64,000 nucleotides of DNA from Vicugna vicugna (taxonomy: Eukaryota): contig MU057719.1 in the NCBI GenBank assembly GCA_013265495.1, forward strand, positions 62,001 to 126,000, written 5' to 3'. Both the position numbers and the translations under genes were made by a program. Below, in pieces: positions 13,013 to 24,332 of this stretch. Under the pieces are notes generated by a model. It ran no database searches, was not told the origin of the DNA, and saw only the letters and a program-made list of their open reading frames with translations. Numbering within the stretch: the first letter of the stretch is position 1; each line of letters opens with the position of its first letter.

Positions 13013-16000
13013 GATATGCACGGGTTTGGGGTCCTCGGCTGGCCTGTCTGACGAGCCACACCCCCAGGCCGTGGGCTCGGCCGTGTCCCACGTGCCCAGG
13101 CGTTACCCTGGGGAGAGTGACCAGTGCCCTTGGCAGGTGCCCACAGAGCCCGCAGCCCCCGGTGGTTCCGAGAGCAGGCACTTGTCCTGCAAAGGGTTAG
13201 ACGGTGAACACTGTCGGCTTTGCAGGCTAGAGGGCTCTGTGGCCACCACTCGGCTTGTGACTGTAGCGTGGAAACAGCCACGGACGGCGAGCGATGGTGC
13301 GTGTCGCTGTGCTCCAGCGAAACTTGGTTTGTGGACCCTGATGTTTGAATTTTGTGTCATTTTTGTATGTCAAAAAACAGTCTTCTCCCTTTTTAAAAAA
13401 TACTAACCATTAAAAAATTGGGAAAACCTTCATTTGCCCGTGGGCAGCACAAGCACATAACCTGTCCTCAACCCGGCGGGGGCGGGGGCGGGGGCGGGCC
13501 CCCCGGTCCTGCGGCTGCGGCCTGCCTTGGGGTGGCACACCCCACCCAGGGCGGGGCTCGGCCCATTCGGCCTCTGCGGGGACCCACTCGGAGCTGGAAA
13601 TACCATACTCTTCCTGGAAAGGGAGGGAGCATCTGGTGGCCAGTGGGAGGGACTGACGTTAACGGGAGAGGCTGGAACACTTACTGGCCCGGGTTAATCC
13701 CACCGTGAGAGAAGTCACCGGCGGTGGCAGGGAGGCCTGGGGGCGCTTGGTCTATCAGAAGCCGGGCTACTCCGCAGGTCTGGGGGAGGAGCGACACTTC
13801 CGTCACGGGGGGCAGGAGCCTCCGGCAGGGTCTGTGCACAGCCCGACACTGCTCTGAAGCACCCCACCCCAGGAGGAGTCTCCCCGCCAGGGCAGGCTGC
13901 TCTGTTTATGGCTCCCCGGGGCCTGTGCAAGACAGCAATTTTGCCCCGTCCGTAATCTCCCTTCCCAACCGGTACTTGACGGTCAGCGGAGGGAGGGCCA
14001 AGAACCACAACTGCCAGCCCCCCACCTGGGGTTGCTGACCAGGGACGCAATTAGGATCCCAGGCAGCAGCCGGGGCCTCGTCCGAGGGCAGGACACGTCG
14101 GCTGTGGGCGAGGGTGGAGCCAGGAGCTGTGTGGGCCAGCAGCCTCAGGGGACGCCCAGGCAGCTGTGGGCGAGCCCTGCCGGCCAGAACAGGCGGGGCG
14201 CAGGGACCCGGGGTGCCGTGGCTGCTGCGCCCAACCCCACCCCGCAGGGTCCACAGGGTGTCCCGCGCCCACTCTGGGTCCTACACAGACAGGACACGGG
14301 GCCTCTTGCCAAGGATCTCCCGACGGTGTGAAGAGCTGGATGCGCCATAAAGACACCAGCTCACCCAATGCCCATCTCTCTGGAGAAGCCTGGGGGCCAC
14401 AGGAACACACGTGGGGGTGCCACACACAGACAGGCACCCGCTGACAGCGCCGTCTGGCCGCAAGTCAGGCCTGGCACCCTGGGCTCACCAGTCACTCGCC
14501 CTGGGCTTTCTCTCCACTGTGAAAGGGGTGATGGGGCCAGATCACAGGGTTCAGTTGCCATATTGGCACAAGTTCACACCCTGCCCCTGCATGAGCCCGT
14601 GCGTGAGGATGACGCCAGCGCCCACAGCCCCTGCTGAACTAGCACCGGGCGCCCCTCCAGGGCGCGCCTTGTCTCGGGCCCCTCCGCCCTCCCCAGGGAG
14701 GCTCAGCCCTGGTCCGGGCTGCGCGAGGCGGCACTTCTCCTAATCCCGCAAGTCTCGGGGTGATTCTTGACAAGGTCGGGGGATGGCGCACTGCTCACAG
14801 TGTAGCTTTCCAGACGGGCATTCCCTCCACCCTCACCCAGCGGAGGCGCAGCCGGGGGGCTGCTGGTCCCACCCAGGTGGACCGCATTTGGGCGACACGG
14901 AGGAGGCCACCCTCAGACCCACACGGATGCTGCTGTGTCCTGTCCAAGCCGGTTGCCTGGGCACCACAAACGCTGTCACCGCTGCATTCCTGCGTGTCCC
15001 TTGGGGCCCCCCTGCAGGACAGAGCCCCCGCCAGCCTGGCGCCCGCATCCTCTCCCACCCTGACCTGGCTCGGTCTCCAGTGCTGGGAATCCAAGGCGTT
15101 GCCTCCCCATCTAGGGTTCCCGGTGGGCACAGTGCAGCCTCACCCTCGAGGAGAGAGACGTGGAAACAGGCTTGCCATGAAGATGGGTGCCCGGGGAGAC
15201 CAAGGTGAGCCCCAACTCTGCCGCTGACCGCGGACTGATGGCCGAGGCTGGTCACCACATCCTTGGACCCCAGTGGAAAGAGGGGCGAGCCCCCAGGGCA
15301 GGGCGGTCAGCAGACCAGCCCGAGCGCACGCTCACACCCTGGGCCGGGACACAGAGGGGACGGGGGGTGGGAGCGCAGGGCCGAGGGCCGGCCTCCCTGC
15401 TCCCGATTTCTGCCTCCCGCACAGCACACTTTCCCGTGCTTTCTCCCCCAGGCCCTTATGAAGGACACAGGAGCATCCTTCCCGGGTCCAGGACCCACCC
15501 CCACTGCCTGTCTGACCAGGGCTCCCGCGGGTACCTCGCGCTGCCCAGATCGGCCCGAGCTGCGTGCAGAGCGAGGTGGGCCAGGGGCTGGGTCCCTGCC
15601 TGGGAGTCACGTGGCCTCCACGTCCACCCTGGTCCCCGGGGTGGTCAGGCAGGCTGGGCACGTCGGCGAGTCCCAAGGAGGGGAAGTGAAGCAGCCTTCG
15701 GACAAACAAACGCCGATGAACTGGAGGAAATGGAAACCAGCAAATCCGCTTTCTGGCCGGAGAACCAAGAGAACAGGGCCGAGCCGAGCCAAGGAGGGCT
15801 TCGGAGCAGCTGGGCTGAGCATCAGGCGGGGAGCCAGCCCTGACGGTCCACATGTGCCGGCCTGCAGGAAGCTCGTAACAGCCACTGGCTCTAAGTTGGA
15901 GAGGAGGACGGGAAACGGCCCGAGCGGCGCAGGGCTGAGGGAGCGGGGGCTTCGCAGGCAGCCCCGCAGCGCCACCTTCCCCGGGACACCCCGCCTGGCC

Positions 16001-16679
16001 CTCTGGTGACCGCAGGGTCAGGGAGTGGGGCCTGCGACCCCAGATCTAGCCAGGAGCTAGAGACGAGGTCTCTGGGGCAGAGGAGACCGGACACGCGGAC
16101 AGCCGACAGGGGCCTGGAACCCAGAAGGCCGCGAAGCCGGCAGGAGGAAGGGGCGGGCCCCCTGCGTGAGAAGGCGCTCTGCTCTCAGCTCCGGGGGCCT
16201 GTCTGCAGCACAGGGCGCCAGGGCCCGGGGCGGGGAGGTGGGGTCTCGGGGCACAGAGGAGGGCTGGGCGACGCGGCTCCGGGGCACTGGGGCACCTCCG
16301 AGGTCTGGCCTCTTGCCATTTCTCTGCGCCGCCATCCTCGGCCCCAGGCAACACCAAGCCTCCTTACACGCCTGCCTCTCTGAGGACTGTTTCCAGAGCT
16401 GAGAACTTTCCCAGGACCACCCTCACTCTGGCAGAACACGGCCCTTCCCACCCCAGTTACACGGAAGAAGATGGGAATCTCTGTGATTTGTTGCAAGTAA
16501 GGACAATCCCCTCGTGGGGCCCGGGGATAGGGCCATGGCATGGGAGGGAGCTCACACGTCCCCAAAGACCCGAGGGACTGCAGCCAGGCCAGCGTGGCCA
16601 CGTCACCCTTCAAGCCTCCTGCCCTCCACCGCCGGCTGCCCCGTCCGAGGGACCCGCACCCTTGAATGGTTTCTGTAGG

Positions 16680-19600
16680 GCTTCACCCACGTTCTCTGTC
16701 GCCACGTGGCTCGATTTGCGCACTGTTGAAATGGCTACAAATGGAGCCCTGCTCTGCATGTTTCTCTCCCTGCTGCGTCTTTGGCCAACATTTTATTTCT
16801 GAGATTCGTTGATGGTGTCGGATGCAGCCTCGGTTCCTCCGTCCTTGCTCTCGTCCTGTTCTCCACTGTGTGAATGATACCCGTTCCACCGTTGATGGAG
16901 ATTTGGATGATTTTTTGTAATCTGTCACCGCAAACACTGCTCCGTGGGCACCCACAGGTGTGCATCCTGGAGACACCCTGCCGGCCCGTCCTTCGGTGCG
17001 CACCTGACCCGATGGCTGGGCCGTAGGGCAGTGCCCACTCAGCTTGGCCTGGTAACGCTTAGCGTGTCCCAAAGCACTTATATTTATTTATAAATATATA
17101 AGTATATACTTATATTCCAAGGAGCAGTTATAAGAATGTTGCTGCTTCACATGCTCACCACATGTGGATTTTCTCACTTTGACGTTACCGACACGGCACG
17201 TGTGAGAGCGGGTAGCATTTCGGGCTTGGTCTGCATCGCTGCCCCGTGACTGGCACTGCTGAGTGTCTTTTCATGTGCCAACTGACCATTCGAGTGTCCT
17301 GCGTTGTAAAGAGCATATTTCAAGTCTTTTGACTGTTTTTCTATATTTTTTGGTCTTTCTATTGATTTATAGAAATGCTTTTTTTTGATGAGATGGGTTA
17401 CAAATACAGCTTCTTCCCTCTGTGCTCTGTTTAATGAACGAAAGTTCTGAACTGCGGGGCAGGCAGTGAAATCCAGCTTTACCCACACGGGATTCACTCC
17501 TCTCGCCGTGCGTATGAAATTTCCTGTCCTGAAGTCTTACACATCGCCCCTGTACTATTTTCTAAGGCTTGTACACTTTCGCCTTTTAATTAAGATCTTT
17601 AATCAACCTGTAATTAATTTTTCTAAGTAGTAGGAGGTAGACAGGGTCCAGTTTACTTAACTAATTTTTGTCTGGATGATCAGCCACCCTTTAATAATTC
17701 ACATAAAAATCCATTCTTTGCTCTATCGATCTGAAATGCTGTCTTGTCCACAAATCAAGGTTCCAAATACTTGTGGGTAGGGGGGTGGGAAGGGATACGC
17801 CTGGGAGTTTGCGATTTGCAGAGGTTAATCTCTGTATAGAAAACTGGACAAAAAACAGTTTCTTCTGTACAGCACGGGAACTATATTCAATATCTTATAA
17901 TAACGTGTAATAAGAAATAATATGAAAACAAATATATGTATGTCTACGCATGACTGGGACATTGTGCTGTGCACCAGAAACTGACACATTGTAACTGACC
18001 GTCCTTCAATTAAAAAATACCTCCCGGTAGGCCGTGAGACCTCGGTTCTGTGCCGTTGGCCACTTTGTTTGCTCCTGCAACATTACAAGACCCAAGTACT
18101 TCAGTTTCATAACACTCCTTCGGGTCTGGAAGGCTAAATTCTTCCACAACGCTGTTCTTTACCAGGAGCGCCTCTGTTACGTACGATTCTTTGATCTTCT
18201 ACGTAAATATTCAAATATGAAGCTTTTTAAGTTGCGCGCGCACACACACACGCACATTAAGAGCCGTGCTGGAATTGCATTATCGACAGATGAATTTGGG
18301 AAGAACCGACGTGATGCGCCGTCATTGCCGAACGTGACTGTCTCTCCGTTTGTTTAGATTTTCTTCAAAGCCTCTTAATAAAATGTGTAGTTTTGTCCAC
18401 CAAAAGCGTTCCTCATACTTTGTGAGATTCATTTCCAAGTACTTTACATTTTAAGCGTGACTATTAATGGTGAATTTGACTGGTGTTTTATTAACATGCA
18501 GTTATGCGGGAACTTTCAGCGCACCTCTCAACGCATGTTACACGTTCACACCCCTGTGACCACTGCCCAGATCAAACGTGCGCCCTTTCCGTCACCCCCG
18601 AAGGCTCCGTCGCAGCTCTCCAGGCAACACCCGTCCCCGGAGGTAACTGCTATCGCCAGTCGATCACCGAAGATCGGTCTTGCCTTTTCCTGTACTACAA
18701 ATAGACGAGAGGATGCAGTGTGTGAGCGCTTGCGTCTGACTTCTCTTGCCGAGGAGAGTTCTGAAATCCTGCCGCGTCGCTGTGTGTGAGCAGCTCGGCT
18801 TCTCCTTCCTCTAATTCCTGGGGGCCTTCTGTTTGTGGACGTGCCCCCGTGTGTGTATCTCGTCCCCCTTTGGTGGGCGTTTGTGGGTACTGCTTCCAGT
18901 TTGGGGCTCCTATGAATAAAGCTTCTGTAAAGCTTTGTGTACCATGTATTTTTTTTTAATTAGGAAGTTTTGTTCATTGTTTCGTCAGTTTTTGAACTTG
19001 AGTTTTCTATCTGTTTATTCATGAGCTGTATAGTCCTTTGTATATTCTGGTCTGAATTCTTTGCAGGTACACCTAACATGGATCTGTTTCTTTCTGTCTG
19101 TCAATCACCTTTACACTTTCCTAGCAGCTTTTGAACGTGGGAGGTTTTAAGTTTTGATTAAATCTGACACAGCAATGAGTAGCTCTACGGTCAGTGCCTA
19201 CGGTGTCTTGTCTGCGTCCTGCTGTTTACACCTAGGTCATGAAGATGGCCCTGGCGCCCCCTTTTAGAGGCTTCCTGGTTCTAGCTTTCACCCCAGCTTT
19301 GTAATCCATGTCGAAATAACTTCTGTTCAGGTGGTGCAGTGGGAGTCAAGGTTTGGTTTGGTTTTCTTTGTTTGTATCAATAGCCATTTACTTCCACGCC
19401 GTTTACTGAACAGAATTCAATCTTCCCAACTGAATTCACTTGGTGCCTTTGTGAACCTACTTCTGGATTGTCCGTTTTGTTCTATGGCCACGTGTGTTCT
19501 TACACCAAAGTCACACTGCCCCAAGGGCTGTTAGCTTTTCGATGAGTCTGGAAATTCAGGAGTGAAAGCTCTCCAACACTTTCTTCTTCTCAACAATTGC

Positions 19601-22450
19601 TTGGACCATTTATTCTAGGCCCTTTGCGCTTTCATTTACATTTTTTAAAAAGACAAAAAATAAATTTGTGAGTCCATTTTCATCCTGTATCAATCTTTCA
19701 GTTAAATGAATACTTCAGAAACTGCAGTGTGTATCTTTGATTGATTACAGTCTTTGAAGCACATCACAGTCTAGATGCTAAAAATCATAAATAAAATCTT
19801 AAAAACAGCCTGGGGGGAGGTGGAGGGGGGGGAGCGAGGAAGCACATTATCTTCAAAGGAGCAACAGCAAGCGCGATGACTGACTTTTCAACAAAACCAT
19901 GGAGACCAAAAGACACTGCAATGACGTCTTCCACGCACTTAAAGAAAAAAGGGGCCAATGCAGAATTCTACAGCCAGTGAGAATGTCTTTCACAAGCTGA
20001 GATGAAATAAAGATGCTTTCATGCTACAAAAAAGGAGGCTAACGGTCCAGGTGGCGCGTAGTCCCAGGTGGAGCCACAGAACGGCAACACGTGGACAGCC
20101 AGCAACGAACACTGATTATCTGAGGCAACAGTGTCTTCTTGGTGCTGTGACGCAGGCGGAAGCACAGCACAAGGCAGCAACGGCGCACGGGTCACGGGGG
20201 TGTAAGCGGAGTCAAACTGACGAAGTCCTTGCGTTTGGAGGGGGAGTTACTCTAGTAAAGATGTTTTTGTCCTAAAGTCTACTTATCAGATATGAATATA
20301 AGTCGTTTTTTGTTACCATGTCCTCGGTCTACTAACTTTCATCCTTTACCTTCCACCTCTCTGTAGCCTCAGGTTTCAGATATTTTTCTTTTAAACGGGT
20401 TATAATTGAATTTTTTTAAAGTACAATTGGGCAGTTTTTGTCTTTTAATGGAGCTTTTAGTCTATATACATTCATTTTAATGTGTGGATTGATGGAAATA
20501 TTGATTTATTTTCATCATGTATTTTGTATTTTTTATTTATCTTGCTTTCATGTTTCTTTTTCTCTTCTCTTCTACTTGATTGAATTTTTAATTCCAATTT
20601 TCCCTTTATAGTTATACATAGTGTTTATATTATTAAAGGCAACACATACGTTGAACTTAGCAAAATTTAATGTCAGTCAATATATTTACCCTACTCCCAA
20701 ACAATAAACGTTTAAAACACCTTAATGCAAGCCTTTCCTTCCTGACTTTTCTGTTATTGTATTTTTTTAGCTTGATAAATTTTTTTTCACAGTCAATGTC
20801 TAGTTTGCCACATATGTACCACTGTCTTTAGCCATCACTTCTCTTTGATTCTCATCTCTGACCTGAAATTGCTTTCTGCCTGACATACATCCTCTAGAAT
20901 TTCCTCTAGGAAAAGTTTGCTAATAAAGACATTTTTATTTTTCCAGTATTTTTGAAAGGTGTTTCCTTGGGGTGTGTACATTCAAGGTAAATGGTTGCAT
21001 GTTTGCCATGAAAGAACAATTCCATTCTCTTCTGGCGTCCACTGTCTATGTTGACAAAGTGGGTGTCAGTCCACCTGTCATTCCTTTGTGGAAATTTTGT
21101 CTTTTCTCTTTGGTACTTTTAGTATATTCTCTTGTTCTTTAGGGCTCTGCGTTTTCACTCATATGCCTCCGAGTACAGAGAGGTTTTCACGTGTCCTGAT
21201 TTGGATTTGATGGGCTTGACGAACGTGAAGACTGGTGTCTTTCATCAGTTCTTGAAGTTCATGGACATTATTTCGCCCACTGTTGCCTTTTTTCCCTATG
21301 ATTATAATGGAGTTAAACCTCACTCTAGTCCCGCAATTCTTATTTCTCGTTGTACCTTCTGCTCTTTTTCTCTTCGTGCTGCATTCGGTGTAATTTCTAC
21401 ATCTCTATCTCCCAGTTTATCGATTCTCTCGTTAATTGTGTCTAAGTAAAGGGATATGGCTAAATCCATCCATTGAGCTTTTAATTTCGGTTGAAATAAT
21501 TTTCATTTTCAATGATTGTATTTGGCTCATTTCTTTTAATGCTCTCTTGTTCCTTACCCATATTTCAATCTTTTCTTTATTTCTTTAAACACATTAAACA
21601 CACTTGTATATATCATTTTTGAATAATTCCAATATGTGAGGGCCAGTGTGCTGATTCCTCCAGCTGAGGCACTTTGCTTTTTGTTTTCCCTTTAGGTCTT
21701 GTGCATGGATCCCTGTTCCCCGTGTGTAATGGGGTTTTGGCTGTGGACTCAAACCCCAGGAAGTGCTTTTATTTGGGAGATTCTCTGAGGCTTGATTGGA
21801 AGGTAAGTTTCCCCAGAAGGGGTTTATATTCTCTTCTGTCAGGTCCATCACAGTGCTGCCAGCCCATGACCACTTACCCCCAACCACTCACCTCGTGATC
21901 ACTCTAAACTAAATTTTCAGGCTAGAACTCTTTGGAGCACCCATGGTTTGGGCTGTAAACCATGTGTGGGCTGCTTGGGATTATAAATTCTCAGGGAGAA
22001 TTCTTTTCTTTACTCGGTGCCAAATTCTTTATAGACAGTTTTCCTGGCTGCCTGGGGGCATGTTGAGGGTACATCTAATAACACAGCTGTGAGTTCTTTG
22101 AAGTCACAGCAATAGACTGTTAGAATCTCCTCATTGGACGGGATGTGGCCTTTCACTGTCCCCTGCCCCCGGAAGTCCATGAACACAGAAGTTGACGTTC
22201 ACCTAAGATCATTGTGGTGAAGGACCATTCTAGTGCATAGACGTCCACTTGTACTGAGTTATTTTGCCTCAGAGAATCCCTTCGTTCTTGCCAGGAGAAC
22301 ATTTTGACAAAGTGATTCCACAAGTAATCTCAAAGAAATGATGGAGAATAGTAGCCAAGGCATTGTGGGAAAAATAGTGGAGACTCGTGACACACACTGT
22401 CCCACATCGCAGTGGTTAACTGAACGTGTCAGCTTGACCATTGCATGTGT
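16680..22450. mobile_element. Mosaic of old L1M fragments (mostly antisense ORF2/3' pieces; ORF1 pieces on both strands at about 19.85-20.03 kb (+) and 20.9-21.4 kb (-))
   Basis: Abrupt drop in GC. Recognisable L1 text includes 'cttttcatgtgccaactgaccattc', 'cacattatcttcaaaggagcaaca', 'ccatggagaccaaaagacactgcaatgacgtcttc' and 'ttccattctcttctggcgtccactg'. No intact ORF. Confidence 0.8.
17776..18017 (+). mobile_element. 5'-truncated artiodactyl/camelid-type L1 3' UTR end inserted into older L1
   Basis: 'gggaagggatacgcctgggagtttgcgatttgcag', 'gggaactatattcaatatcttataataac' and 'gctgtgcaccagaaactgacacattgtaactgaccgtccttcaattaaaaaa' form the characteristic cetartiodactyl L1 3' terminus with A-tail. 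Confidence 0.8.
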
Positions 22451-22469
22451 CTAAGGGATTCCCAGAGAG

Positions 22470-22870
22470 CTATTAAAATATGACTTCTGGGTGTGTCTGG
22501 GAGAGATTAGCATTTAAACTTGTAGACTGAGTAAAGAAGATGGCCCTCCCCAGTGCATGTGGGCATCTCTCAATCCATCGAGGGCCTTGAATAGAAGAAA
22601 AAGATGGAGGAGGGAGAATTTACTCTCAGCTTGAGCCATATCATCCATCTTCTCCTGCCCTTGGACATCAGCATTCCTGGTTCTTGGGCCTTGAAACTCA
22701 GAGTGGGCTTCACACTGCTGCCCCTCCCAATCCTCCCCAGTTCTCAGGCTGTTGGACTCGGACTGAACTACAACACTGGCTTCCCCGGTTCTCCAGCCTG
22801 AAGGCAGATCCTGGAACTTCTTTTCCTCCATATCATGTGAGCCAATTTCTCCTCAATAATATAAATACTT
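22470..22870 (+). mobile_element. MLT2 (ERVL) LTR
   Basis: 'ttctgggtgtgtctgggagagattagcattt', 'ctgagtaaagaagatggccctcccc', 'ctgcccttggacatcagcattcctggttcttgggcctt', 'catgtgagccaattt'. Confidence 0.8.
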
Positions 22871-22949
22871 GGCACCAGCTCACATCACAACTAGAGATCA
22901 GTAATAATGAATGAAAGGTCTAGCAACAGACTCCGTAAGAGTAGCTTTT

Positions 22950-23950
22950 CAAATAAGTGGAGATGGAATTCTTCAACAAGGAGCCAATAGTTGAATAGTC
23001 AGTGAGTCATTTAGAAAAAAGGGCAGCTAAAGTTCCATCTTATACCCAGACAGAGTCCAGATGAATTAAAGAGTCAATGTAAAAAGTGAAAACATAAAAC
23101 AATATTAAAAGTAGAGGACGGGGTGCGGGGAGGTTATAGCTCAGTGGTACAGCACATGCTTAGCACGCAAGAGGTCCAGGGTTCAACCCCCAGTACCTCT
23201 GTTAAAAATAAACAGACAAATGAACAAACAAACCTAATCACCTTCCCTGCAAAAAATAAATAAAATAAAAATTAATTGATCAAATTTTTTTAGGTAGAGG
23301 ACAATATTTATACAAACTCCAGGTGGGAAAAATATTTGTATGTGTGAAAACCAAAGGAAAAAGACATTAAAAAATATTTTTAAGCATCTCTTAGTGAAAA
23401 AACATGATGAGTCATAGTTAAAGGCCAAGGCGAAGGGGAGAAATGTGGAAATTACACAAGACAAAGATTCTTGTTCTTTGCCTTTAAAGAACGATTACAA
23501 GTTAATAAAGCAGAGGTTGATGTGAACTGAAAATTTAACCCCAAAATGCTCAATAAACTCTTGAAATACACATTCAAGGTCACTAGTGGTCACAGAAGTG
23601 CACATGAGCAGCGCACCGGGTCCAGACTCAGGGAGAATTTCTCAGTGATGACCCTCGGGGCTGACAAGCGTCGGGCGGATGGACATTTCCTATCCTGATG
23701 GCAAATTGAATTGCAATTTCTGAGGACAGTTTGGCATTATGTATCAAGGGCTACCAAAGTACCCCCACCCTTTGGCCCAGCAGCCCCCTTGTAGAACTGT
23801 ACCCCAAGGGCGACAGATCCAGGTGAACTCACGACGGCGTGTCTGTTACTAGCAGAATGACACAGCGCACAAAAACCAACCTCCCAGACAGAGCCTGGGC
23901 CAACGTGTTACGGTGTATCCACAGGGTATGACACATGATGAATCAAGCAT
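22950..23950 (+). mobile_element. Old L1 (L1ME-like) ORF2/3' fragments hosting a SINE
   Basis: Degenerate L1 ORF2-end text such as 'ccagatgaattaaagagtcaatgtaaaaagtgaaaacataaaac' and 'ggacagtttggcattatgtatcaa'. Confidence 0.6.
23127..23293 (+). mobile_element. tRNA-Ala(AGC)-derived SINE (camelid-type) with target-site duplication
   Basis: Head 'ggggaggttatagctcagtggtacagcacatgcttagcacgcaagaggtccagggttcaacccccagtacctc' contains the A box TAGCTCAGTGG and a B-box-like GGTTCAACCCC. Followed by 'aaacctaatcacc' and an A-rich tail. GTAGAGGAC is duplicated at 23111-23119 and 23294-23302. Confidence 0.85.
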
Positions 23951-24166
23951 TAAAAATAAGGCTTTTTAAGGGAACCCTTAATATCTGTAATTCTTGGCTG
24001 CTTCTTTCATTAACATGTCATTCCTTTCCATTCACCAACATTTTCATTAGACACTACTATTCATATCATATTTTCAATTTGCAACACAAATTGCTCAAGC
24101 ACTTTTTAAGCGCCAGCCTCTAAGCTTGGCATTAGTACCTTCCAACATTTATAAGACAATTTTGAG

Positions 24167-24326
24167 GTGTGGTCAGTTTACAAGGTGGTCAGTTTCTGGT
24201 GTACAGCATTGTGTTTCAGCCATGCACGTACATACATACATTCCTTTTCATATTCTTTTCCATTGTAGGTTATTCCAAGATATTAAATATACTTCAATAA
24301 CAATTAAAAATAAATAAAATTAAAAA
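24167..24326. mobile_element. Short 5'-inverted (twin-primed) L1 3'-end insertion
   Basis: About 24167-24290 is the reverse complement of the same L1 3' UTR seen at 17776-18017. It then switches to sense 'atacttcaataacaattaaaaataaataaaattaaaaa'. ATAAGAC flanks it at 24151-24157 and 24326-24332. Confidence 0.65.
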
Positions 24327-24332
24327 TAAGAC

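Noticed and set aside
23127-23199. Possible genuine tRNA-Ala(AGC) gene (also 58268-58340, minus)
   Set aside because: Mismatched stems, a SINE-type tail with A-rich end and a TSD indicate a tRNA-derived SINE, not a tRNA gene.
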